A stretch of DNA of 64,000 nt, taken from NCBI GenBank assembly GCA_002633005.1, contig NMRA01000150.1, positions 264,434 through 328,433 of the forward strand. The letters run 5' to 3'. The stretch is from Phoronis australis. Its lineage: Eukaryota; Animalia; Phoronida. Both the position numbers and the translations under genes were made by a program. The notes below the pieces were generated by a model. It was not told the DNA's origin. It made no database searches and was given only the letters and a program-made list of their open reading frames with translations. Numbering within the stretch: the stretch's first letter is position 1; every line of letters starts with the position of its first letter. Positions 23,801-32,770 of this stretch are shown one piece after another.

Positions 23801-26800
23801 NNNNNNNNNNNNNNNNNNNNNNNNNNNNNNNNNNNNNNNNNNNNNNNNNNNNNNNNNNNNNNNNNNNNNNNNNNNNNNNNNNNNNNNNNNNNNNNNNNNN
23901 NNNNNNNNNNNNNNNNNNNNNNNNNNNNNNNNNNNNNNNNNNNNNNNNNNNNNNNNNNNNNNNNNNNNNNNNNNNNNNNNNNNNNNNNNNNNNNNNNNNN
24001 NNNNNNNNNNNNNNNNNNNNNNNNNNNNNNNNNNNNNNNNNNNNNNNNNNNNNNNNNNNNNNNNNNNNNNNNNNNNNNNNNNNNNNNNNNNNNNNNNNNN
24101 NNNNNNNNNNNNNNNNNNNNNNNNNNNNNNNNNNNNNNNNNNNNNNNNNNNNNNNNNNNNNNNNNNNNNNACTATGTCTTGGCTGTGAGAGATCCCAGGG
24201 CCTGTTCAGCTCCAGTACTATGTCTTGGCTGTGAGAGATCCCAGGGCCTGTTCAGCTCCAGTACTATGTCTTGGCTGTGAGAGATCCCAGGGCATGTTCA
24301 GTTCCAGTACTATGTCTTGGCTATGGGAGACCAGCTCCAGCACTATGTCTTGGCTGTGGGAGACTCCAGGGCCCAGTCAGCTCCGGCATGAAAAAATCCA
24401 TGGGTCATTCACTGGAGCCTGTGTGGTGTTGATAACTATTTCATGCATTAGGCATATCTAATGGGACGGAATGGTATATTTCTCTGTCATTCAACTCATT
24501 TAAGATCATGTAGGACCAAAATGTCCAAATTTGTCCAACTTAAGAACATCATATCTCGGAAATCGCGAATTCATATGAAACATGTAGTTACTACACCTTA
24601 TTCATTGTTCTCTAAAGCGATATTAGGATTTACTTTTAAATGACCCACCTTTATATGAGGAGATATTCAAACTAGAACATTTGCATCAGGGCTTGGAATT
24701 TTCCTCTTTTAAGAGGATTTCCTCTTTTTGATTTCGATTTCTTCTTTCTTTGATTCCCTAGTTTCCTTTTTTTCGTCTCTTATATCCTTATTTTGACTTT
24801 ATTCATGCAAAAACGTTTATTTCAGTACAATTTCAAAAACTACAGGTAAGGTATCTGTATCATACAATCCTTTGGAAAGTTTTCCTCTTTTTTGTCATTG
24901 GTCTTTCAGAGCCCTGTTGCTTATAATGGAAAAGAAACACTTATACAGTAATAGAATTTTTAATATTGAACACAGATATCGAATAAGACTTGGTCATGTG
25001 ACTAAACCTATAGTTTTGTTATCCATGTGACTTTGTCGTTGTATTTTACTAAGAAGACATGGTCACGCGACCCCATTAATGGTAGATTGATAAAAAGTCA
25101 AAAAATAAATTGTATAGGTTTTTCTAAACAAATGCACTGTCTTGCTAATGAGTTGCTATATGTCAACTGTAATTAGGATACATTGGTGTGGTTAGTCTAT
25201 TTAGTTGCTGCTTTGTTTAATATAACTGATCACTACTTTTCATACAATGTACACATAACACGTGTCACATAATGTATTGTGTGTTTTCAGGTGCAATGCA
25301 GCGCAGTCTGTCAAGTTCACAGATAAAGGAGGACTTAGTCAATCTAGGTAAGAACTTGTAGTGAGGCACTAGATGTTACTATTGGCAAATGTTCAGATCA
25401 AGTAGGCAGTGACTTGTATACTAAACAATATAGCCCAGTGTGAACAGGGGAGGAATTCAGAGTGTTTACTCCTCCATTGCTTGCTGTTATACGCATGTCA
25501 TGCTCTTATTTTACAAAGGATTAGCAAAAATTGTTATCAGTGTTAGAAGTGAAAGTCAAGGTCAGTGTGACCATAAGAGTGTCCTATAAAGCTTGCATCT
25601 GTGTTGTTCTTGTCATGTTTGTAGGTTTGTCTGAGGAAAAGGCCAGCAGCTTTTGTGAACAGGTCAGTTTTATACTCCGCATCTCTTTTCTGTGCTACAA
25701 AGTTCTACTTAGCATGTGTTAAATAGTTTTAATATATTGTAACTCGGGCTGAGTTATAATGATGATAACACAACCTGAGTTATAATGATTATAACACAAC
25801 CTGAGTTATAATGATTATAACACAACCTGAGTTATAATGATTATAACACAACCTGAGTTATAATGATTATAGCACAACCTGAGTTATAATGATTATAGCA
25901 CAAGCTGAGTTATAATGATTATAGCACAAGCTGAGTTATAATGATTATAGCACAAGCTGAGTTATAATGATTATAACACAACCTGAGTTATAATGATTAT
26001 AACACAACCTGAGTTATAATGATTATAACACAACCTGAGTTATAATGATTATAACACAACCTGAGTTATAATGATTATAACACAACCTGAGTTATAATGA
26101 TTATAACACAACCTGAGTTATAATGATTATAACACAACCTGAGTTATAATGATTATAACACAACCTGAGTTATAATGATTATAACACAACCTGAGTTATA
26201 ATGATTATAACACAACCTGAGTTATAATGATTATAACACAACCTGAGTTATAATGATTATAACACAACCTGAGTTATAATGATTATAACACAACCTGAGT
26301 TATAATGATTATAACACAACCTGAGTTATAATGATTATAACACAACCTGAGTTATAATGATTATAGCACAACCTGAGTTATAATGATTATAGCACAACCT
26401 GAGTTATAATGATTATAGCACAAGCTGAGTTATAATGATTATAGCACAAGCTGAGTTATAATGATTATAGCACAAGCTGAGTTATGATGTGTAGTCTCCT
26501 TATATAAATTCATAGATCTTGATGCAACTAGTCTACAGTTGATGTCGCTGGCCCTCAATTTATGTCATTGGCCTGCAATTGGTGCCACTGGCCCACGCCT
26601 TTGATGTCCCTGGCTCATAGATGTTGTTACTAGTCCACATTTGGTGTCACCAGGGCCCAGTCTCTAATCTTTGTACTCGAAACGAACTCGAAACTATTTT
26701 TGGCAATTTCTCTGCTCCTTTTGTGCGAACTTAAGATAATTGGTTATCAGACTGTGCTTGAATACATTATAGTTTATGCATAGGAGTTTCTAGTTCAAGT

Positions 26801-28900
26801 TTGCCCTTGAAGACCCTTATATTCGTGCTACAAACTCAAGTAAAAACTCGAAATTTAGAGTTCAAACTCGAACTTATTGCTTTAATATTGGGTTAACAAA
26901 CTGTGAACTAAGGGCAATAAATTATCTACGTAAGTTATTGTGTACTCGAGCATAGAATAATTGAGTTCGCCCAAAAGTAGAGTAGAAAATGCCAAACCTA
27001 TCCGTAACTGATGCCACTGACCCACAATTGACTCATTGCCAGAATTAGTGACAGCTTATCTGACCAGTCAGAACACAGCGTTTTTGACACACCTTTGTTT
27101 CCAAGCTGCCATTTTGCCCGACAAACAACAAGCTGCCTGGTAAAACTTATTCTTTGTTTGTCGATTTCGCAAGGGGGTGGAGCTTACTTAATGTCAATGG
27201 CCTACAATTGATATCACTGGCCCTCAATTGATGTCTTTGGCCCACAATTGATGGGTGACATTTTGGCACTGTTTAATAGCTAATGCTCTGACTGGTCTGT
27301 TTGGGTTTAGAACCAATATTTCTATGTTGCCATGGGAACTTTTGATGTATGTTTAGTGTTCTTAGTAAGCTGGTTGATGAGTACTTATAGCTGTAAACAT
27401 AATCATTACCTTAATAGATGCAAAGTTCTTTATATTTAGAGTACTTACAGCTGTAAAAAATAGTCATAACCTTATTTAGAAGTCATTTGTGGGCTTGTAA
27501 AGAACTGTCACTTTATTGTGGCTTGAACTGGTGCTTAGTACTTAAACTTGTCCCGCTGTGACGGGTAACTAGCAATGAAGAATTGTCACGTCTTCCTATC
27601 CCAGAATACATCTCTAATTGTCAGGTCTTCCTATTCCAGAATGCACCTCTTATTGTCATGTCTTCCTATCCCAGAATGCACCTTTAATTAGAGGTAGGAA
27701 CAAGTTATGGCAAGGGTATAATTTCATAGGAGCTTTTAATGATTCATTTGTACAGTATTAGAATGAGACTCGGCCATTACTATCTTTCTACTGAATGAGA
27801 CCCAATCACTGTTATCCTTCTATTGCAGTGGCAGGCCAACCTGGCCTCACTGACTCAAGGTTCATCCAGACTCATGGTCAATCAACTAGTGGACATGGAG
27901 TGGAAGTTTGGAGTGACTGCAGCCAGTAGTGAGTCCAACAAAGTGGGCAGTACCTTTCTACAGGTGAGATTGACGCACCACCATATAGTCACTGTAACCT
28001 GCAGACTACGTCATCATAGCTTTAATGCAAAACATGGAGGATGACTTAGAGAAGGATGTTGATGAGAACTACTTCTGCTTCATGTTGTTTGGGTGTTGTG
28101 TCTTGTCTGTTCATTAAACTGTTGAAAAACTAACAAATTTTGTTCTATCTGCTTTTGTTTAGAGTGCACCATCTTGAATAGAAACACTCTCAAGATAACA
28201 ATGTTTAGAGTGCACCATTTTGAATAGAAACACTGTCAAGATAACAATGTTTAGAGTGCACCATTTTGAATAGAAACACTGTCAAGATAAGAATTTAGAG
28301 TGCACCATACTATGACTGCTAATCAAAGTCACAATTTTAATGCATTCAAAACTGATTTTTATGGTTGATCAACAATCGAAATAAAATCAAATGAAATGAT
28401 CCTGCTGTGTACATATTGTTGTTTTTGGTTTATCTTTGAAATGTTCATTTTTTGCCATTGATTTCAACTTATATGGCAATTTTTTATTTCAGTTAAAAAT
28501 GGTGGTTAACAAGGGGGATAACAATGAAAATGTTTACTTAGGTAAGTTTTCTGTTCACAGCTTTCTTAATGCTTTCATTTTGAAACAATTTTGTTTTGTT
28601 TGGAAGTCATGAATATATTGATGTGTGCATTATGACTAATATTTATGTGAATTATTGTATTATTAGGTTGAGATAATTATGTGAATTATTGTATTAGTAT
28701 CTAATAATAATTATGTGAATTATTGTATTAATATGTAGTAATAATTATTACATGAATTATTGTATTAATCGTTAATAATGTTATGCTAATCTCTTCAGTT
28801 TTTTTCATTTCTTGCAGAGTTGACTCTTCCTCAGTTTTATTCATTTCTTCATGAAATGGAAAAGGCCAAGTCTAGTTTGGAGTACTTCACCAGCAGCTGA
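5810..28900 (+). CDS. COMMD7: COMM domain-containing protein 7, spliced gene, 187 aa. Exons 5810-5854, 17420-17473, 21305-21407, 22772-22828, 23599-23636, 27829-27963, 28493-28541, 28818-28900
   Basis: GT-AG exons join in frame (564 nt) to give ...QFTELTVIVLAFLMEPSK...GLSEEKA...NQLVDMEWKFGVTAASSE...FLQLKMVV...ELTLPQFYSFLHEMEKAKSSLEYF*, matching the COMMD7 COMM domain as I recall it. Confidence 0.95.
6901..6968. repeat. 14-bp minisatellite (ACACCAAACATGTC) x~5
   Basis: Direct tandem copies. Confidence 0.9.
8174..9270. mobile_element. TA-flanked foldback MITE-like element with ~200-bp near-identical inverted arms around a gap
   Basis: 8174-8371 is the reverse complement of ~9073-9270 (one mismatch seen); TA|CACTCCG...CGGAGTG|TA. 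Confidence 0.65.
8372..8987. other. Assembly gap
   Basis: N run. Confidence 1.
9482..10830 (+). mobile_element. TIR element (same family as 8174 and 15499) nested in the left foldback arm
   Basis: Left end matches 8174-8371; 10340-10830 inverted at 15499-16000; ~28-bp imperfect TIR. Confidence 0.7.
9891..10136 (-). pseudogene. Orphan terminal-exon-like coding remnant inside the TIR element (K/R-rich, 81 aa)
   Basis: ttgcag acceptor, open frame KPVKDEKK...MINFGRPSLKGLRDSVL...KLKRKR...KRKK*; family not recognised. Confidence 0.4.
12067..12200 (-). mobile_element. hAT-type MITE fragment inserted in the foldback arm
   Basis: Ends CTAGATCCGCCACTG; similar to 520-699. Confidence 0.6.
15283..15397 (-). 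repeat. tRNA-like repeat with upstream flank
   Basis: A box TGGTCGACTGG, B box GGTTCGAAAC; 5' flank similar to that of the 16353 copy. Confidence 0.45.
15499..16307 (-). mobile_element. Internally deleted TIR element (family of 9482-10830), TA-flanked
   Basis: Inverted homology to both ends of 9482-10830; TA at 15497-98 and 16308-09. Confidence 0.75.
16353..16424 (-). pseudogene. tRNA-Glu(TTC)-like pseudogene / SINE head
   Basis: TGCCTCT TGGCCAAATGGTTAAGATG CTTGA-CTTTCAC-TCGTG ... TGGG-TTCAAGT-CCCA ... GGAGACA; acceptor stem 6/7 paired, anticodon and D stems damaged. Confidence 0.6.
17420..17473 (+). CDS. COMMD7: COMMD7 exon 2
   Basis: tttcag/...AAG/gtaagc; QFTELTVIVLAFLMEPSK. Confidence 0.9.
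17577..19903. mobile_element. Degenerate Tc2/pogo-like non-autonomous element
   Basis: Imperfect 24-bp TIR (18/24; ...TAATAACTGCCC), left TA, subterminal ATAAGCGCCCA motif shared with 1013-2738. Confidence 0.45.
17973..18270 (+). mobile_element. hAT-type MITE fragment, nested
   Basis: Starts CAGTGAGGGATCTAGGATA..GGGGG.CCAACAT, the reverse complement of the 699/12200 termini; right end unclear. Confidence 0.45.
19905..20400 (-). mobile_element. LTR retrotransposon 5' remnant (BEL/Pao-like): LTR end, PBS, frameshifted gag start
   Basis: ...CA-T-TGGTGCCGTGACCCG (20257-20243) complementary to tRNA-His 3' end; downstream LGNLDTNIECSLSEEEAEKASGESLE resembles the BEL/Pao gag N-terminal coiled coil. 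Confidence 0.65.
20402..20810. mobile_element. Interspersed repeat, possibly Helentron/HINE-like fragment
   Basis: TGAAATTT(T/G)G and CCACCTGGTGGCCAT motifs shared with 29600-30470; boundaries approximate. Confidence 0.3.
21305..21407 (+). CDS. COMMD7: COMMD7 exon 3
   Basis: AARLLTQLDEFAEKHGVSGSGLKNVIKSLIAVPS; cag/ and /gtgagt. Confidence 0.93.
21677..21850. repeat. 33/45-bp minisatellite (ACTATGTCTTGGCTGTGAGAGA...)
   Basis: Tandem copies; second array at 24171-24370. Confidence 0.9.
22167..22395. mobile_element. Small MITE (CAGGGCT...AGCCCTG), also in the duplicate at ~24687-24917
   Basis: Short TIR, repeated TTTCCTCTTTT; no clean TSD. Confidence 0.45.
22772..22828 (+). CDS. COMMD7: COMMD7 exon 4 (copy A)
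   Basis: SAMQRSLSSSQIKEDLVNL; canonical splice sites. Confidence 0.9.
22958..23443. mobile_element. hAT-type non-autonomous insertion, 486 bp, 8-bp TSD CTCCTCCA
   Basis: TSD at 22950-57 and 23444-51; TIR CAGGCCTTTATCCAG vs CTGCATAAAGGCCCA; empty site at 25469-25476 in the duplicate. Confidence 0.88.
23599..23636 (+). CDS. COMMD7: COMMD7 exon 5 (copy A)
   Basis: GLSEEKATSFCEQ. Confidence 0.9.
23738..24170. other. Assembly gap
   Basis: N run. Confidence 1.
25291..25347 (+). CDS. COMMD7: COMMD7 exon 4 (copy B)
   Basis: Same peptide as copy A, one synonymous change. Confidence 0.8.
25625..25662 (+). CDS. COMMD7: COMMD7 exon 5 (copy B)
   Basis: GLSEEKASSFCEQ (T to S versus copy A). Confidence 0.8.
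25750..26487. repeat. 26-bp palindromic minisatellite (CTGAGTTATAATGATTATAACACAAC) x~28
   Basis: Direct tandem copies without spacers. Confidence 0.97.
26699..26997. mobile_element. MITE-like element with ~37-bp imperfect inverted ends
   Basis: TTTGGCAATTTCTCTGCTCCTTTTGTGCGAACT vs AGTTCGCCCAAAAGTAGAGTAGAAAATGCCAAA. Confidence 0.45.
27829..27963 (+). CDS. COMMD7: COMMD7 exon 6
   Basis: WQANL...NQLVDMEWKFGVTAASSESNKVGSTFLQ (COMM domain start). Confidence 0.96.
28158..28308. repeat. 46-bp tandem repeat x~3
   Basis: TTTAGAGTGCACCAT... copies. Confidence 0.85.
28493..28541 (+). CDS. COMMD7: COMMD7 exon 7
   Basis: LKMVVNKGDNNENVYL; tttcag/ and /gtaagt. Confidence 0.93.
28818..28900 (+). CDS. 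COMMD7: COMMD7 exon 8 (last coding)
   Basis: ELTLPQFYSFLHEMEKAKSSLEYFTSS*. Confidence 0.96.
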
Positions 28901-29389
28901 GATAGTTGGGCGGAGACAGTGGGAGTGGTCCCGCCTTCTAGGTGGGCGGAGTCAGCAGGAGTGAGCAAAGGCTTCAAGTTTGGATATTTAACATGGGCAT
29001 AATGAACTAAGAGTCAAACAGACATCCTCAGTCAACTGTTGATGACCCATCTGGACGAGCTTTTAATTTTACACAGGCTTCATATTGCTGTCAAATCATG
29101 GTAAATTCCTTTTTTAAGTTTGGCTCCAAATTTTACCCAATCATAAGTGGACACAGGTGGAGCTTACTCTTGAGTGTTGCTGAACAACTCTCTCTCAAAT
29201 CGATGGTATTCAGCCGAGCAGTAAGTGTGGCCCTTTGGTTGCCTTTGACTTGCATGTGATTCACTGTTAGACTTGATTTTTTTCTGATTTGAATAACACA
29301 TTCAACCAATGGGATTATTAACCACAATACTTATTTCCTGTTGAAGTCTTTCTTGTTGAATATACTGTTAATGTTTGAAACACTATGTA

Positions 29390-29395
29390 AATAAA
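29390..29395 (+). terminator. Candidate polyadenylation signal of COMMD7
   Basis: First AATAAA I found after the stop codon. Confidence 0.45.
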
Positions 29396-29599
29396 GCAAG
29401 TTTTTGTAAAATATGGATCGTAGTACGTGCCAAATAGACAGAAATAAGCATAGAAATAGGGACTGATTACTTCTTAATCAAGTGAGCTATTAGAGATTTA
29501 AAAGGTTTCCTGTGTACTTTCACGTGACAATTTGTATTTACATTTTACGCCTCATTCATAGGTGCACTTTTCAAATGTGAAAAGTTGCCATCTTTAAAG

Positions 29600-30470
29600 T
29601 TGCACTTTTCATGTGCCCTCGCGAGTGCATATTGTCGTCGTCTGAGTGTCTGGTGTTCGTTGTCATATCTCCTAAACCCCTTGCAGGATCTTAATGAGAT
29701 TTGGCAGATCTGTTTCCATGAAGCTGATGACAGATGATGAGTTTGGTACTGACCCGACTGCAGCTGTGTCCCTTTGGTACTGACCCGACTGCAGCTGTGT
29801 CCTTTTGGTACTGACCCGACTGCAGCTGTGTCCCTTTGGTACTTTTTACATTTGCCTATCTTCGGAGATTTGTAATGGATTTTCGTGAAATTTGGTTGAT
29901 TTGATAGGTTATTATTATTATTACGGAAGGAACAATGCCACTTTATTTGATGTATATTGTTCCAACTTGTGGCCATTTTTTGCGTCCGTTTTCTAGCATC
30001 AGCCTCTGTATTTACCAAACCACTCAATTTATCGCTATGAAAATGTAGATGTGTTCCTGACGAGGCCACAAGTGGTGTTGATTTTCGGACGGGTCCAGTT
30101 AATGTGTTGCCTCCTAGTCCCAATTTCATTTGCCTCTGTGGCTGTATCTCCGAAACACTTTGAAGGAGCATTTTAATATTTGAAGGGTGTGTTCCCATGG
30201 AGCTGACCACAAATGGTAACGAGCGTCGAACTGATCCTAACACCGTACGTCCTGGTTGCAAAATGTTTTCCATTTACATTGGCCTTTATATCTTTGAAGT
30301 TCATTAATGTATATTCATGGAAATTCAACAAATATGTTTCTATTAAGCACACGTCACTGGCTTCCCATTTTTGAACATGTTCAATTTTTTGCTCCATCTG
30401 GTGGCCATTTAGAAATTTGTGCATACATTTTTGATGTCTGCCGCGAGGTACCATCTGGATCCATGATAGC
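29600..30470. mobile_element. Helentron/HINE-like interspersed repeat with internal 31-bp tandem array (29742-29842)
   Basis: T-rich start, GTC-rich tract, repeated ATATCTC..AAAC..TGA(G/A)ATTTGG modules; boundaries approximate. Confidence 0.4.
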
Positions 30471-30767
30471 GACCAGAAATGGTTGCTCAGCTTGGAGATT
30501 GTCTCATACTGTTTGTCGAACCATCATCTACTGCTCATCCTGTGACGATTTAATCTGTATAAACCTCATTTTTATAAAGATAATTTGCAACTTAAAATGT
30601 GGGTACTTTTTTTAATAACGAATTAGAAATGCGCTCTTTAGTCATGTAAGAAAGAAGTAAATAGCTAAAGTGAAACTACTCGCACAGTGTTAGATAAACT
30701 GTGTCAAACTATGGATGAAGGTAGAAATCTAAACAAGAGGCAATGTTCGTTCAATAAATATAATCAT

Positions 30768-30773
30768 TTTATT
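30768..30773 (-). terminator. Candidate polyadenylation signal of the WD40 gene
   Basis: AATAAA on - strand ~1.85 kb after the stop; weak evidence. Confidence 0.3.
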
Positions 30774-32613
30774 AACAAAACAACTGAGTCATGTGACTGG
30801 TAGCACGTTGACTATCACGTCCAGCAAGAGACGTACAAGCACCTCAGATACTAACAAACACAGACTTAACTTAGAGTGGAGTCTGACTGAGACAAACTGT
30901 GTTGTGTCTGAATGTGTCATCCACCAAGCAACAACAGGTTCAATCACTGTCATTACCCATAAAATCAACCAGTACCCTGTTTGACACAGCGAACAAATGC
31001 CGCCAGAACACCCATAACAAACTCTTGATGCGTCTTGTAGAAAACAAGATTTAGATGTCGTTGGGAAACCCGTGAACTCTAGTCCACCAGTTTAACTTAT
31101 TTCATAGGCAGTAAGTGCTCCCTCTGTTGAAGGAAGTCTTAACTAAGTGAATAACCAGGAGTAATATTGGTGAGGCATTCACAGTAATGCAACTGTTTTC
31201 ACTGCAAGCAAGTCGTGAGTGGAGATACTAAACTTGTTTCCAATCCTAAAAATTGTAACTTAACATAAATAATGATGGGAAAACTTGAAAACAGTTACAC
31301 CACTTTGAATGAAATGGCGCCACTTTCAGGTGGTGCTGGCTATGGGCAATCTCACTAAGAATGAGTACCTTGACACCACACCACTTCTCTGCACCTTTAC
31401 TGTTCCTAGATATAACTTAGTAGTAACTATGGCACACCAACATAAAAAGACTTCTGAAACAACAAATGAGCATTCACACAACAAATGAACAGTCATAGGT
31501 ATTCACAAAGGAAACCACAGGACATAAGTGATGCAGGGACTGAACCAGCACACCGTGTTTGCTACATGAGCCTAACAAAGATCTGTGCTTTAAGGGAGCT
31601 GTCTCTGAAGTAGTACAAAATCCCCTATTGTATACATAAAATGTATTACAACATGAAAACAATGAAGACTACTACTCAGCATGTACTTAGTAGAGGTGTT
31701 GGGTAAGTGCATATCGTAATGTTCTTTGAGTTGTCTCCCCTGTGAACAACGTCAAACCCTGTGTCATGTTCAAGCACAACTCAACTTGCCAATGGCAATA
31801 CACAAGATATTCAGTCTGCCCACAACCCTGGTGTTACTGCATACAACACTTGGTGGCAGATCTAGGAGCTCAAAAGGGGGAGCTTGTTCTGTAACTATTC
31901 AACAGTTGGTCACCTAATCGAAATACTCATCCATGAGTCTGTCCCAAGAGATATTGGTAGAAGCCATGTATTTATAACACTGAGTTGAGATAACATCAAC
32001 GACTACCATCAAATATATCAGAATTTGAAAGACAGCAGTCCCCACCTGTTGGAATAATCATATTTTCAGCACCTCTTATGAAATCCTGAATCCTCCACCA
32101 ATGTCAGAAAGGTCGTTTCTTGAAACAGTCCTGAGCAAGAAATTTGATGAAAATGGAAAAACATTTCATTCTCCAAAACTAAAGTTTCGAAATTGATTTT
32201 AACAACCTGCTTCAAACCAACAATTTGTCACATTCGAAAACTGCCTTCAATCAGAATAAAGTATCAGTTATGAAGATTCAGCAAAACACGCTGATGGCAA
32301 ATAATCTATTTTCAGGAGTACACAAACCTTTCAACTGTAGCCCCCTCCTCGATCAAACAGTTGGTTTAGTTAACTAGGTCAGGATACCAAAAGATTGCAC
32401 CACACACCATGGTGACAAACAACAGTGAAAGGTCATTATATGGCACTACAAAATTACAAAAAAATCGACAGCTTGCTTTCTTCCAAGTGAACTGTTTATC
32501 CACTTGAAAATGACAAAACTAGGAATTGTCAGCAGTTCCTAAACATTTGCTGAAACAGGAAACACTTTATCCATCAGTTTGAAATGTGTCCCATGGAGGG
32601 AGCTGCCGTTGCC

Positions 32614-32770
32614 TTAGTGAACTACCATGTACTCGCGCATTTTCCGATCTCTCTCCTGCCTGAAAATCTTCATGTGTTGACTGGGGAACCTCTGAGCGAG
32701 AAGTTGCTCCTCGAGGGGTGTCAAGCTCATCCCCGTCGGCTGTTTGGGTGGAGAGATAAGCACATAGCGA
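32614..32770 (-). CDS. WD40 gene last coding exon
   Basis: TRYVLISPPK...PLEEQLLAQRFP...MVVH*. Confidence 0.8.

Larger units (their letters stand above)
24171..25763 (+). repeat. Tandem duplicate of ~21678-23737 (probable alternate haplotype)
   Basis: Colinear, scattered SNPs/indels, lacks the 486-bp insertion, starts at the gap edge. Confidence 0.9.

Noticed and set aside
25750-26487. CRISPR-like array (palindromic ~26-bp repeats; also the 31-bp array at 37664-38338)
   Set aside because: Units are head-to-tail with no unique spacers, no cas genes, and they sit in eukaryotic introns; these are minisatellites.
28898-29002. Stop-codon readthrough or selenocysteine at the COMMD7 TGA (33 open codons follow, with duplicated GGGCGGAG)
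   Set aside because: Homology ends at the stop, the context is not TGA-CTA, and no SECIS is evident; a short local duplication explains the pattern.
29545-30273. 242-aa - strand ORF
   Set aside because: Runs through an interspersed repeat, a 31-bp array and an (ATT)n tract; no recognisable protein features.
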